60,008 bases of DNA from a virus (Duplodnaviria > Caudoviricetes): positions 1-60,008 of IMG/VR virus record IMGVR_UViG_3300032330_000731. The stretch is one strand, 5' to 3'. Position numbers and translations under genes: made by a program. The notes beneath the pieces are model-generated. The model did no database searches. It saw nothing but the letters and a program-made list of their open reading frames with translations, and had not been told where the DNA came from. This document shows, in pieces, positions 37,287-46,476 of this stretch. Position 1 is the first letter of the stretch, and every line of letters starts with the position of its first letter.

Positions 37287-37317
37287 CAGATTAACACCTA
37301 AGTACAAGTATTGTCAA
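37287..37317 (-). promoter_or_regulatory. sigma70-type promoter downstream of the capsid terminator
   Basis: TTGACA followed by TG-T-TAATCT on the minus strand. Confidence 0.5.
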
Positions 37318-37322
37318 GCAAC

Positions 37323-37347
37323 AAAAAAGCCCTCCGAAGAGGGCTTT
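37323..37347 (-). terminator. rho-independent terminator after the major capsid gene
   Basis: AAAGCCCTC-TTCG-GAGGGCTTTTTT. Confidence 0.9.
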
Positions 37348-37374
37348 GTGTTGTAGTTACTAGTCCCCTTGGTG

Positions 37375-38286
37375 TCAACTGCTTCCAGGCGAACCGAAGA
37401 TACCCAGCGGATCCGACACTCCAAACGAATACCGCTCTCGCGCCTTATAGCGAATATTGCCAGTATCGAAGTCACCATCGCTTGAAGTTGACAGCGGCAC
37501 GCGGATGAAGTGCTTCAGACCGTTAGGTACATCGGTGGTTAGATACCAGCCGTTGGGGTCGGTCAGGAAGTGGTTAACGGTGTAGCCTTCCGGGATGCTG
37601 CCATTGTTCTTGATGGCGTTGATGTCGTTGTCGGTGGTGCCGACACGCAGTGACGTCTCAAGCAGACGGGTGGCAACGAACATCAGGCTCGGGGGGACAA
37701 TCAGCTTCTTTGGCTTTGCAGCGATCAGCAGGCTGCGCTCATCGGTCCAAGCTGCAATCTGAATAACAGCCGATTCCAGCGAGGTTTCATTCAGGTCAGC
37801 AGCAGTCGCAGGACGATTGCTGTTGGTGCCACCAGAAACCAGCGGGTGAGCGGTTGAGAACAGTGAAACACCGTCGCCGTAGGTCACAGCATTGCTAAAG
37901 CCATTGTTTAGAATGGAAGCAGCCTTAACCTGTTTGGTGTAAGCCATACCACGGGCCAGAGCCTTGGTATAACGAGCCGACAGTGAGTCGTACAGGTTAT
38001 CTTCCATTGCCTCTTCGGTGATGGAGAAGCCAAGAGCAATGGTTTCGTGATTGTAGCGAGCGGTCCAAGCTTCTTGGCCGTTGTCGTACTGAATCGCTTG
38101 ACCTTCATTCTTCACCGGGGCGGCAGAGAAACCTGACAGCTTGGTTTCTTCTTCAAACGAACGCTCGGAAGTCTCGGTATCGTAGATTTCCTTGTGTTCT
38201 TCGCCGTAACGGGCGTACTCCAAACCAAACAGGGCGTTAAGACCCGGCAGGAGTTCCTTCAGTAGTTGTGCGCGTGAAATAGCCAT
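37375..38286 (-). CDS. major capsid protein
   Basis: MAISRAQLLKELLPGLNALFGLEY...YKARERYSFG.SDP.G.FGSPG; follows scaffold; strong terminator downstream. Confidence 0.9.
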   Translation of the reverse strand: MAISRAQLLKELLPGLNALFGLEYARYGEEHKEIYDTETSERSFEEETKLSGFSAAPVKNEGQAIQYDNGQEAWTARYNHETIALGFSITEEAMEDNLYDSLSARYTKALARGMAYTKQVKAASILNNGFSNAVTYGDGVSLFSTAHPLVSGGTNSNRPATAADLNETSLESAVIQIAAWTDERSLLIAAKPKKLIVPPSLMFVATRLLETSLRVGTTDNDINAIKNNGSIPEGYTVNHFLTDPNGWYLTTDVPNGLKHFIRVPLSTSSDGDFDTGNIRYKARERYSFGVSDPLGIFGSPGSS

Positions 38287-38297
38287 GATTTAACTCC

Positions 38298-39122
38298 TTA
38301 TGCGATGGAAGTACCAGCGTAATACTGGTGCTGACCAAAGTTAATCTTTACAAGTAATTCAGGGTACTGGGTGAAAACCAGAGTGCCAGAAAACGTTGCA
38401 TTAGGAGCTTGATTTAGGATAAACGAAGTCGCACCAGCAGAAGCGGCCGTATCCACAAACGAGCCCGATGAAATAAACTGACCATTTGCAGCGATAGAGC
38501 CAACATCAGTACCGACTGGCAGAGCAAACGGTAGCGCAGAGCAAGTCACCGTAGCTGTAGAAATGCTAGTATATGTAGCAGTCCCCAGACTCACAGCCGT
38601 ATCATTAACCACACCCAACACACGCACCGGCAGTGAGCTAGTGGTTGCAGGGGTATCGCTTGGTGCCAGCAAGGCATTAGCTGAGTTACCAGTATTAACG
38701 CTACCAGTGTTGTTGATACAAGCCAGATTCTGACCAATCATGGCGCGGGCACCTGATGCAACAACCGTAGTGGCAGAGCAAACAACGGCCTTAAACACAG
38801 TGTCAGGGTCATCAGAGACAATAGCGAGTGCATCGCCCGCCAGGGTGGAGGCAGGCCAATACTGCGAAAAGCGCTTCTGCTTTGTCACTGGGTCAGTGAA
38901 CGAGCAGCCCAGGAAAATACCTGACTGGTTACCAGCAGTGCCGGTTGTCACAGATAAACGCGCAATTTCACCACGGGTCAAACCAACATAATCTCCATAG
39001 AAAATGTTAGTAGAGTAGCCGTAGGGAATATTGTACATCCGCGTAGAACCCGCGAATACCTGACCGCCGATCAGATTGACCGGCTTTAGGCCATACGGGG
39101 CGTCGATAGTGGGGTAAGCCAT
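38298..39122 (-). CDS. capsid decoration / minor capsid protein
   Basis: APYGLKPVNLIGGQVFAGSTR; G.F.GCSFTDP; DDPD..F; position before MCP. Confidence 0.7.
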   Translation of the reverse strand: MAYPTIDAPYGLKPVNLIGGQVFAGSTRMYNIPYGYSTNIFYGDYVGLTRGEIARLSVTTGTAGNQSGIFLGCSFTDPVTKQKRFSQYWPASTLAGDALAIVSDDPDTVFKAVVCSATTVVASGARAMIGQNLACINNTGSVNTGNSANALLAPSDTPATTSSLPVRVLGVVNDTAVSLGTATYTSISTATVTCSALPFALPVGTDVGSIAANGQFISSGSFVDTAASAGATSFILNQAPNATFSGTLVFTQYPELLVKINFGQHQYYAGTSIA

Positions 39123-39140
39123 TTATCACTCCAATTTAAG

Positions 39141-39590
39141 TTAAGAACCTTTGCCAAAAGTCACCTTGCTGCTGCGCTCTTTAAATAGCGGCATACGAGG
39201 ATCGTTTTCGCGCATGAAATTGTTGTCAATAGAATTCATCTGATTTTCCGCTTGCGCATTAAAATAAGCATCGCGTTGTTCAGTGAACTCCGTAGGTGTC
39301 TTGCATAGCATTAGCCCGCCAATTTCAACACTGTCTGGATAACGGGCATTGCCGCTTCCTGTCAGGTGAATCTCAGGGTGATCAGAAGCCTTGACTGGCT
39401 CCCAGCCTTCACGAAGTTTGGAAGATACGTTCATTGGGTCTGCGGTGCCCAATGTGCTGGTACGTACCCAGCGGAATGAATACCCTGGTTCCGGGTTAGG
39501 AGAGGGAAGCAATTCAGGTGGCATCCACTTAGTAGGACGCTCTGTTTTTGCTCGGGTTTCAAGTTCACGGGGGGTGCGGGTATCAGCCAT
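39141..39590 (-). CDS. conserved head-module protein
   Basis: W.PP..LP.P....G..FRWVR...G..DP.NVS.KLREGWEPV. Confidence 0.75.
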   Translation of the reverse strand: MADTRTPRELETRAKTERPTKWMPPELLPSPNPEPGYSFRWVRTSTLGTADPMNVSSKLREGWEPVKASDHPEIHLTGSGNARYPDSVEIGGLMLCKTPTEFTEQRDAYFNAQAENQMNSIDNNFMRENDPRMPLFKERSSKVTFGKGS

Positions 39591-40530
39591 TATTCTTCCT
39601 AAAATCAGCAGCCACTTGTTTGGCATAGGCTTCCAGAGGAACCCCAAGCCGCTTGGCGATATTTACTTGTGATTGAGTCAGCACGATTTTGCGCGGTGCT
39701 GTACTGCGAGTAGCGGATGCCACAACTGTTGGTTTCTTCGGTTTTTCCGATTCCTGCTTTTCCGAGGTGAACGCATCTGGAAAAAGCTGGCGTACACGAG
39801 AGTTAATCTTCTCGTAATACTCATCACTAGTTGGGTCAATCTTGCTTTCAACAAGCTTTTTGTGAACAGTTAATGCTACGGCGGTCATTTCGTCGTCTGA
39901 GCCAAACCAAGGATTTTCATCCTGCCACGCTCTTGCCCTGGTATCAACGACTGGTGATTGCTGCGTTTGTACTACAGGTTTAGTTTCTTGTAAAGGGGCC
40001 GGCTTAAAATTATTTACACGGTCAAGTTTAATCTTGGCGCTAGTAAGTTCTTCTTGAGCCTCAAGCAAAGCATCTGCGTCTCCAGATTCATAAGCAGCTT
40101 TATATCGGCGCTTTGCATCTTCAATTTCAGACGAGACAACCTTCTTAGCTTGGTCAATTAAAGCAGCTTGCCCTTGACCTAGTGAGCCTTGAAGACGTTT
40201 ATTTTCTTCAACAAGGCTTTGTGCGAGAGCAATTGCTTCTTCACGCTCACGTAAAGCAGCTTCTTTGGACCGGCGCTCTTCGTGGTAACCCTTGGTGAAG
40301 TGTTGAATCCGCTTCTTAACACTGTCGCTATATTGATCAAGCTCTTCTTCGGTTACATCAGCCGGAGCTTCCTTCATCGGCTTGCGATTACGATCTTCTT
40401 CAGGGGTGTCGTCCTGAACTTCAATCTCAATCTTTTCGTCGTCGGGCTTAACAACGATATTCTCGTCGGGGAAGCTATAACTTTCATGCCCTTGATCGTT
40501 TTTACCTGCGCTAGGTTGTGTTTTATCCAT
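39583..40530 (-). CDS. scaffolding protein
   Basis: acidic coiled coil; W...NPWFG; C-terminal QV.IAKRLGVPLE.YAK. Confidence 0.75.
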   Translation of the reverse strand: MDKTQPSAGKNDQGHESYSFPDENIVVKPDDEKIEIEVQDDTPEEDRNRKPMKEAPADVTEEELDQYSDSVKKRIQHFTKGYHEERRSKEAALREREEAIALAQSLVEENKRLQGSLGQGQAALIDQAKKVVSSEIEDAKRRYKAAYESGDADALLEAQEELTSAKIKLDRVNNFKPAPLQETKPVVQTQQSPVVDTRARAWQDENPWFGSDDEMTAVALTVHKKLVESKIDPTSDEYYEKINSRVRQLFPDAFTSEKQESEKPKKPTVVASATRSTAPRKIVLTQSQVNIAKRLGVPLEAYAKQVAADFRKNNG

Positions 40531-40539
40531 GTTTACTCC

Positions 40540-40944
40540 TTATGCACGGCTAATACCGCGGGGGTCTTCCACTACTGCCTCAACGCTGTCATCGTTAATG
40601 ATGCGGCATTCCCGGCCATGAATTTTTACCCGCGTTCCAGAGTTTGGCCGCACCAAAACAAAATCTCCAACTTTGCAAGACGGCCCGCTAGGGAATCGAG
40701 TCTTGTCGGCATAACAGTCTGGCCCCATTTTTACAACAAACAATACTGGAGATAAAACCTCCTCAAAGTGCATCGTCTGACCAGATTTAACAATCCCACT
40801 ATCATATTTTTCATCTGTCTCTGGGATCATACAGAGAAGGTGGTAAGTAGATGGCTCAGGCAGTTGCTTTGCCTTATCCATAGTAACCTTTGGCAAGGTC
40901 GTGGGAATATCAAATAGGTTAGAAGCTAGCAAAATATCACTCAT
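40540..40944 (-). CDS. groES: GroES-like co-chaperonin
   Basis: SGI...V.KMGPDCY.D..RFP.GP.CKVGDFV.....SG.R......RIINDD.VEAVV. Confidence 0.8.
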   Translation of the reverse strand: MSDILLASNLFDIPTTLPKVTMDKAKQLPEPSTYHLLCMIPETDEKYDSGIVKSGQTMHFEEVLSPVLFVVKMGPDCYADKTRFPSGPSCKVGDFVLVRPNSGTRVKIHGRECRIINDDSVEAVVEDPRGISRA

Positions 40945-41128
40945 CGTTTTCTTCCATTTTACGCACAAGGTCACTTAAGGAAAGTTGAGCAAAGGAAAGA
41001 CCCCGGATTTCCCCTACTAACTGCTTGTAATCTTCATAAGATTTTGCTGCCCCATTCGCAAGGGCATCTGCAATTTGCTTTTGACGATCAGCAAGGCTTT
41101 TATTTAGGTATTCTAAATACTTGTCCAT
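40937..41128 (-). CDS. hypothetical protein
   Basis: G.AKSYEDYK..VGEIRGL; between portal and GroES-like gene. Confidence 0.75.
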   Translation of the reverse strand: MDKYLEYLNKSLADRQKQIADALANGAAKSYEDYKQLVGEIRGLSFAQLSLSDLVRKMEENDE

Positions 41129-43557
41129 TATTTACCTCCCGGCTTACTTGTTAAGCTTTTAATTAAATCAGCTTGGATTTTTTGATTATGCTGTTGTTGT
41201 TTAGCAACAGTTCGCATAACTTCTGATTGGGTGTTTGTTTGAGCTTGTTTAGCTGCCTTCGCTGCGTCTAGTTGGACTCGCTGCGCATCAAGCTGTAAAC
41301 GCTGTTGAGCGATTTGGTTGTCTGCTACGTCCTTTTGTTGCTTGCGCTGTAAATCCTGTTGTTGGATTTGAAGCTCTGCTTGCTGCATTTGGATGCGTGG
41401 GTCTTGCTGGGCTTGTTGAGCTTGTTGAGCCTGGGCCTGCCTCATGGCCTTCTGTTGGTTGATCTGCGCTAGTTGTTGCGATGCTTGAGCAACTAGACGA
41501 GAAAGCTGCACTTCGGTGTCTTCATCAAGCTCTGCGTTTGGTGGTGTTAACGGTGCGCCTAGTTGTTTTTCAATATTTGCACGGTAGTTAAACGACAAAT
41601 GCTCTGCAATGTGCGCCATGATTGCAGCTTGCATCTGTTGAGCCATTGGGCTTTGACCAATCATTTGCATAACTGATGGGTCTTGCAGCAAAGACATGTG
41701 AGATGCAATGTGGGCATCGTGGTCTTGATAAATAAACGCTTTGGTAGGTTTACCAACAATGAATGCCATGTTTTCACTAACCGGGTCTTTTGGTGTTTGA
41801 TCATCCTCGACCGGGACCAGCTTTTCTGCGTTTTTGATACCTAGAACTTCTAGCATCTGACGATGAAGCTGCGGCAGGTCATAGATTTGTGGAGCGCCTT
41901 GTGCAAGCTGGATTGCAGCTTGGTACTGCATGATCCGTTGAGCCATTGTGGCTGCATTGGGATCGCTGACTGGAATGACATCGGTTAGGTCATAGTCAGA
42001 CTGTTTGACTTGACGGGTTGCGCCTTGCGGGTCATAGCTATAGCTTGTCGGGGTGAAGTCACGAATGATTTCTTTTAGAAGCTTAAACTCAATCCGCATA
42101 GACGCATGGACACGCGCCTGAACCGCAGACATTGTTTTAAGCGTCCGCTCAAGCAGGGCCAGCGTGGTCCCAACTGGAGCGTTAGAACTCAAGTCGCTAA
42201 TATTCATGTCACTGATGGCGCCAAGCCGGCGACCTTCTTCAGTGATTTGATTTAAAAGCGCAAGCAGAGTTTGTGATGGCTCCTTATAAGGAAGCGGCAT
42301 GATGTTGTCGCGGACGGTCCCGCTTGGAATGTCAACATCACGGAATTCGCCAGGGGCAATTGGGGTGTCATCCCCTTTAATGCGCAGTCCACGGGCCTTT
42401 AAACCACCGGGTAGGTTGCTTAACGATCCTGCGTCCACCAACTGACGAATAAGAGAAGTCCCAGCACGAGCATACCCACCAATGAGATGAATAAGGCCCA
42501 GACCATAAGAGCCAAAGCCAGGGATGTAAGTGTATTGTACAAAATGCTGCCTCTTTAAACGCTTTTTGTCGTCTTCATTCCAGTTACGACGAATTGCAAG
42601 GACAGTTTGAGTCCCGCGCTCAATGGTGATTACATAGGGTAGCGCAATACCATCTTCATCCTCAAAGCCTGGGAGGTCATAGTCTGCATGGATTTCAAGG
42701 AACTGATAACGATCATCATCAGTTACAGAATAACCCTGCTCTTCTGCCTTCTTTTTCTCAACATCTGTAAAAATGCGAACAGGATCACCAAGATCAACAT
42801 CCCGGTAGAAGCCTGCAACTTGTAGTTTGCGGACTTCATTCTCTGTTTTACGCATTACATGCGTTACACGTTCTGCGCTGTAGATGTTGCTTGCCCCATA
42901 GGGCATCACAATGTCTTCTGCGGGCAGGAAAATTGCAATTTGCCGGCCAATTGCTGGGTCTGAGTAGACCTTTTTAAACGCAGCGCCTGACAAACCTAAG
43001 CTGTACAGCATCCGCTCATGCTCAGGGCGGTACTCAACCATTACTTCGGTGAGTTGATAGTTCATGTCATCACGAACCCGCTCTGCAGCTTCTTCTTTTA
43101 GCTTGTCTATAGCCCCAACAATCTGCGTTTTGACTGGTCCTTGTGCCGGGAACGTCTCAGTAATCATTTCAGCTTGAAACCGAATAGCTGCTTCGGTCAA
43201 AAGCGTGGAATAGACGCCACAAGCCCCGTTCCAAGGCTCAGTGCGCTCCTCATACTTCATGCCAAGGACTTCTAAGCCCTTTACAAAAGCATCTACCCAG
43301 TCTTTTCGGCTGTTGATGTCTGCTTCAACAAGGTCAATTAGCTCATTTGCAATAGAAGCAAGATGGTTTTCATCAATGACTTCGGCCAGATTTTCATTAA
43401 AATCATCTTCTTCATCAGGAATGATGGTCACTTCTAGGCCACCAATGCCAATACTGACCGATTCCGGGTCTTCAATCTCAATCTCAATGCCTGGATCACT
43501 GTTTACATCATCATCCATTGTAAACGGTAGGGCTGCTTTATCAAAATTAGTAGGCAC
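41128..43557 (-). CDS. portal protein (P22-like, with C-terminal barrel)
   Basis: follows terL; PW.GACGV; G.AFKKVY; GLGLIHLIGG; Q-rich C-terminal coiled coil. Confidence 0.88.
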   Translation of the reverse strand: MPTNFDKAALPFTMDDDVNSDPGIEIEIEDPESVSIGIGGLEVTIIPDEEDDFNENLAEVIDENHLASIANELIDLVEADINSRKDWVDAFVKGLEVLGMKYEERTEPWNGACGVYSTLLTEAAIRFQAEMITETFPAQGPVKTQIVGAIDKLKEEAAERVRDDMNYQLTEVMVEYRPEHERMLYSLGLSGAAFKKVYSDPAIGRQIAIFLPAEDIVMPYGASNIYSAERVTHVMRKTENEVRKLQVAGFYRDVDLGDPVRIFTDVEKKKAEEQGYSVTDDDRYQFLEIHADYDLPGFEDEDGIALPYVITIERGTQTVLAIRRNWNEDDKKRLKRQHFVQYTYIPGFGSYGLGLIHLIGGYARAGTSLIRQLVDAGSLSNLPGGLKARGLRIKGDDTPIAPGEFRDVDIPSGTVRDNIMPLPYKEPSQTLLALLNQITEEGRRLGAISDMNISDLSSNAPVGTTLALLERTLKTMSAVQARVHASMRIEFKLLKEIIRDFTPTSYSYDPQGATRQVKQSDYDLTDVIPVSDPNAATMAQRIMQYQAAIQLAQGAPQIYDLPQLHRQMLEVLGIKNAEKLVPVEDDQTPKDPVSENMAFIVGKPTKAFIYQDHDAHIASHMSLLQDPSVMQMIGQSPMAQQMQAAIMAHIAEHLSFNYRANIEKQLGAPLTPPNAELDEDTEVQLSRLVAQASQQLAQINQQKAMRQAQAQQAQQAQQDPRIQMQQAELQIQQQDLQRKQQKDVADNQIAQQRLQLDAQRVQLDAAKAAKQAQTNTQSEVMRTVAKQQQHNQKIQADLIKSLTSKPGGK

Positions 43558-43597
43558 GTTGCATCCTTTAGAAGATTGTAGAGTATAGCTTTACATT

Positions 43598-45094
43598 TTA
43601 ATAGTATTCAACCCTGCGACGAGGCAAATCATACTCTGCTTCATCTGTGTCAATTGTGATAAATCCACCTTGTCTAAACCTAATCAATGCTTGACTAGAA
43701 GAGTCCACAAGGTCATCGTTATCACCATTGGGAAAAGCTGCAAGTTCTTCCATCACTTCATCTGCCCATCTAGTCTCAGGGCACCAAACAACACCTGAAG
43801 CGAAAAGATCAGAAATAGCATTTACACGCGCAATCTTGTCATGTCCTTTGCCTGGGGTGTACTCAGACAATGGAATACCAATCTTCCTTAATTCATAAAT
43901 CAAAGGGGCACCTGCAGCCTTCTTTTCAATAATTAAGGTATCAGGCTCCCATTCCTTCCACATATCAAACGCAGCCTTCTTAAGCTCAGGAAACTCCATT
44001 CGTTTCTTAAAAGCATTTAGCAAGATGATATTTGGTTTTAAATTACCATACTTGTCAGGATGGTAAAAAACACCCCAAGTTGTACAAGCAGAGTAGTCAG
44101 CCCTGTTTGATTTTTCAAATGCTGTGTCCCAAGACTGAATAAGATAATCACAAGAGGGTGGGTCTTCTTTTTTCCAAATCTGCCATTGATCCCTCTTGAT
44201 GATCGCACCCTCTTCTGAGGTTGGATTTTGTTGGTACTGCGCTTCCCATTTGGATACAGGTAGTTCAGCCTTGAGGGCTTCTAGCTCTTCTTTACTCCAA
44301 AACGCAGGCCATAACGGAGTACCAGAAGGAAGGATTGCAGGGAACTCAATAACTTCCCACTCATTTACACCATCCTTCTCTGAGCCTTTAAGAATCTTTC
44401 CTGTTAAATCTCTGGTACTCCATCGAGTCATAACAACAACAATGGCCCCTCCAGGCTGTAAACGCTGACGGGGGCCTGATGTGTACCACTCATACACATT
44501 ATCAAAGATTGCAGGATTGTTTTGCTTTGCTTCCTGTTCACTATGAGGGTCGTCAATAATTAAAAGATCAGCACCCTTACCTGTTACAGCACCACCTACA
44601 CCAATAGCAAAATAATCACCACCTTTATTGGTATTCCATCGTCCTGCAGCTTTTGAATCACTAGATAGCTTTGTATCAAAAACTTTACTATATTGTTCAG
44701 AAGAAACTAGATTTCTAACTTTACGTCCAAAGCCTACAGCCAACTCCGCAGTGTGTGCTGTTTGAATAATCTTCTTCTCCGGGAACTTACCTAAAAACCA
44801 TGAAGGAAGTAAAAAAGAAGCAAACTCAGACTTAGTATGCCTAGGCGGCATGTTAATAATTAACCGCTTCAATTCTCCAGAAGCAACTCTCTCAAAAGCA
44901 TCAGCCATGATCTTATGGTGTTTACCTGAAATAAACACCGGCCACATCTGTTGAGTAAAGAACAAAAAAGACTCTTTACACCGTTCTACACGGTCAAGCT
45001 CCATTAAAGCAAATATCTTATTTCTCTCTGCTTCAGGAACTTGATCAACAATTGCTAAATAACTAGCAATCTCTTGTTTTGTCAAAAGACTCAC
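43598..45094 (-). CDS. terL: terminase large subunit
   Basis: MPPRHTKS Walker A, LLIIDD Walker B, QSWDTAF and DDLVDS nuclease motifs. Confidence 0.95.
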   Translation of the reverse strand: MSLLTKQEIASYLAIVDQVPEAERNKIFALMELDRVERCKESFLFFTQQMWPVFISGKHHKIMADAFERVASGELKRLIINMPPRHTKSEFASFLLPSWFLGKFPEKKIIQTAHTAELAVGFGRKVRNLVSSEQYSKVFDTKLSSDSKAAGRWNTNKGGDYFAIGVGGAVTGKGADLLIIDDPHSEQEAKQNNPAIFDNVYEWYTSGPRQRLQPGGAIVVVMTRWSTRDLTGKILKGSEKDGVNEWEVIEFPAILPSGTPLWPAFWSKEELEALKAELPVSKWEAQYQQNPTSEEGAIIKRDQWQIWKKEDPPSCDYLIQSWDTAFEKSNRADYSACTTWGVFYHPDKYGNLKPNIILLNAFKKRMEFPELKKAAFDMWKEWEPDTLIIEKKAAGAPLIYELRKIGIPLSEYTPGKGHDKIARVNAISDLFASGVVWCPETRWADEVMEELAAFPNGDNDDLVDSSSQALIRFRQGGFITIDTDEAEYDLPRRRVEYY

Positions 45095-45315
45095 AGGTCT
45101 TTCTCCACAACTTTTACAGAATAAAACTTACGTTTTGTATATTCCAAATGACCAGACTCAACAAGCCTCATAACAATCCTGTGCATATTAGACCTTGATT
45201 TCATCTTAAAACCTTTTGCTAAAGCCTCATACGATGGACTAATACCATGTAGCTTGTTATAAGCTTTAATAAAGTCCAATACAGACTGCCATCGTCTAGT
45301 CAATTTTTTAGCCAT
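45091..45315 (-). CDS. LexA-like DNA-binding domain protein (no protease domain)
   Basis: LT.R...VLDFI......HG.SPSY..LA......SRS..HR....L...G.L. Confidence 0.85.
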   Translation of the reverse strand: MAKKLTRRWQSVLDFIKAYNKLHGISPSYEALAKGFKMKSRSNMHRIVMRLVESGHLEYTKRKFYSVKVVEKDL

Positions 45316-45349
45316 GATTACATTGTAAATACAAGTGTACGCACTTATT

Positions 45350-45545
45350 TTTTTACAAAAATATATATACCGGGGGGTATAGATTAAGAAAGTGATGGGG
45401 GGGGTGTTAAATATAAGATATTGTAATGAGGCAAGTGGAAATTAGTGGATTAATTTGGGTAAGTATTAGTTTGAGTGGATTAGAGCGTTACTGTTGGACG
45501 GGTCACTGCTAACCACAAAGGGGTATACCCCGGTGGGTGGGTCAA
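45350..45545. other. G-tract/palindrome-rich intergenic region, candidate packaging (pac) site
   Basis: ATATATATACCGGGGGG, a G8 run, and the perfect palindrome GGGGTATACCCC (45520..45531) between terS and terL. Confidence 0.4.
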
Positions 45546-45590
45546 ACCATATCCACATATTCACCCAAACCCTCTCCCCACATTTACACA

Positions 45591-46187
45591 CTACGCCTTC
45601 TTCTTCGTGTTATCCAGCAGACGTAAATGCCCAGACAGTTCCTTCTTCAATTGATCGGCTGTCACGACTGGTGCTGTTTCGGATGTGGATTGTGTAAATA
45701 CGCCTGATGCTTTGCCGAGTAATTCAAGGGCCTTTAAACGTGATCCTTCCTGTTTATCGTTCCGACTATGCGCAACCAACTCCCTCAGCACATACCTTCG
45801 TGCCGCCGCCAAGTCATCCGACAACGCCTCTACTGTCTGTCCCCACGCATCATTTAACATTTGGGACACCCTCGGGTGCCGACTTAATTTGTACGCAGAC
45901 GATGCGATTATTTGATCTGAGCTAGTGTCGTTTGGATAAGCAGCCTTATAGGCATCCTTCATTGTCATCCCTGAAATGATGTTGTTAATAAACGCCTGCT
46001 GTGCGATGGTCAGTGGGCGTTGTTTGGGTAACCCCCTTAGTGTTCCGTCTGATCTAGGTTTTGGTCCTGGTGCGAGACTAGCTAACTGTTCCACTTCAGA
46101 CTTTTCCGCGTTTTCTAGATTTAAATCATCCTCAGCGTCTTGACGGTCTAACTCTGCCAAATAATCTCTAATCGGTGCTTTGCTCAT
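45591..46187 (-). CDS. terS: terminase small subunit
   Basis: LT..QQAF......G.....AY.AAY HTH; A..L...P.V; RLKALELLGK..G.F. Confidence 0.85.
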   Translation of the reverse strand: MSKAPIRDYLAELDRQDAEDDLNLENAEKSEVEQLASLAPGPKPRSDGTLRGLPKQRPLTIAQQAFINNIISGMTMKDAYKAAYPNDTSSDQIIASSAYKLSRHPRVSQMLNDAWGQTVEALSDDLAAARRYVLRELVAHSRNDKQEGSRLKALELLGKASGVFTQSTSETAPVVTADQLKKELSGHLRLLDNTKKKA

Positions 46188-46256
46188 TTTTGAAACCTCG
46201 TTTATGCGAACGACCATACCCTTATCAGGATAGTGCTTTGTACGCAGTGTAAACCC

Positions 46257-46300
46257 TTGTCCACAGCTTGTCCACATACTCTATCCACATCTTATCCACA
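46257..46300 (+). promoter_or_regulatory. four tandem DnaA boxes (TTATCCACA orientation)
   Basis: TTGTCCACA 46257, TTGTCCACA 46268, CTATCCACA 46281, TTATCCACA 46292. Confidence 0.8.
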
Positions 46301-46346
46301 AGACGTAAGCACCCGGAGTCTGCCTGTAAACCCAGGGTAAACCCGA

Positions 46347-46429
46347 GTCTTCTATAAGACCTATTCCCACTCTTATATAAGACACAAGACTAGTCTTCTA
46401 TAAGACCTGACCGCAGTCTTCTATAAGAC
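46347..46429. repeat. four 14-bp palindromic repeats GTCTT-(C/A)TAT-AAGAC with a 23-bp period
   Basis: copies start at 46347, 46370, 46393 and 46416. Confidence 0.92.
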
Positions 46430-46432
46430 CTG

Positions 46433-46476
46433 TGTGGATAAACCTGTGGATAACTTATGTATAACCCTGTGGATAA
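46433..46476 (-). promoter_or_regulatory. four tandem DnaA boxes (TGTGGATAA orientation)
   Basis: TGTGGATAA 46433, 46445, 46468; TATGTATAA 46456. Confidence 0.85.

Noticed and set aside
8041-44468. numerous plus-strand ORFs opposite the structural genes
   Set aside because: Antisense shadows of long minus-strand genes with no recognisable motifs
46347-46429. mini-CRISPR array
   Set aside because: Repeats are 14 bp with 9-bp spacers, far too short, and there is no cas operon; the Cas4-like nuclease sits in an ordinary Sak recombination module
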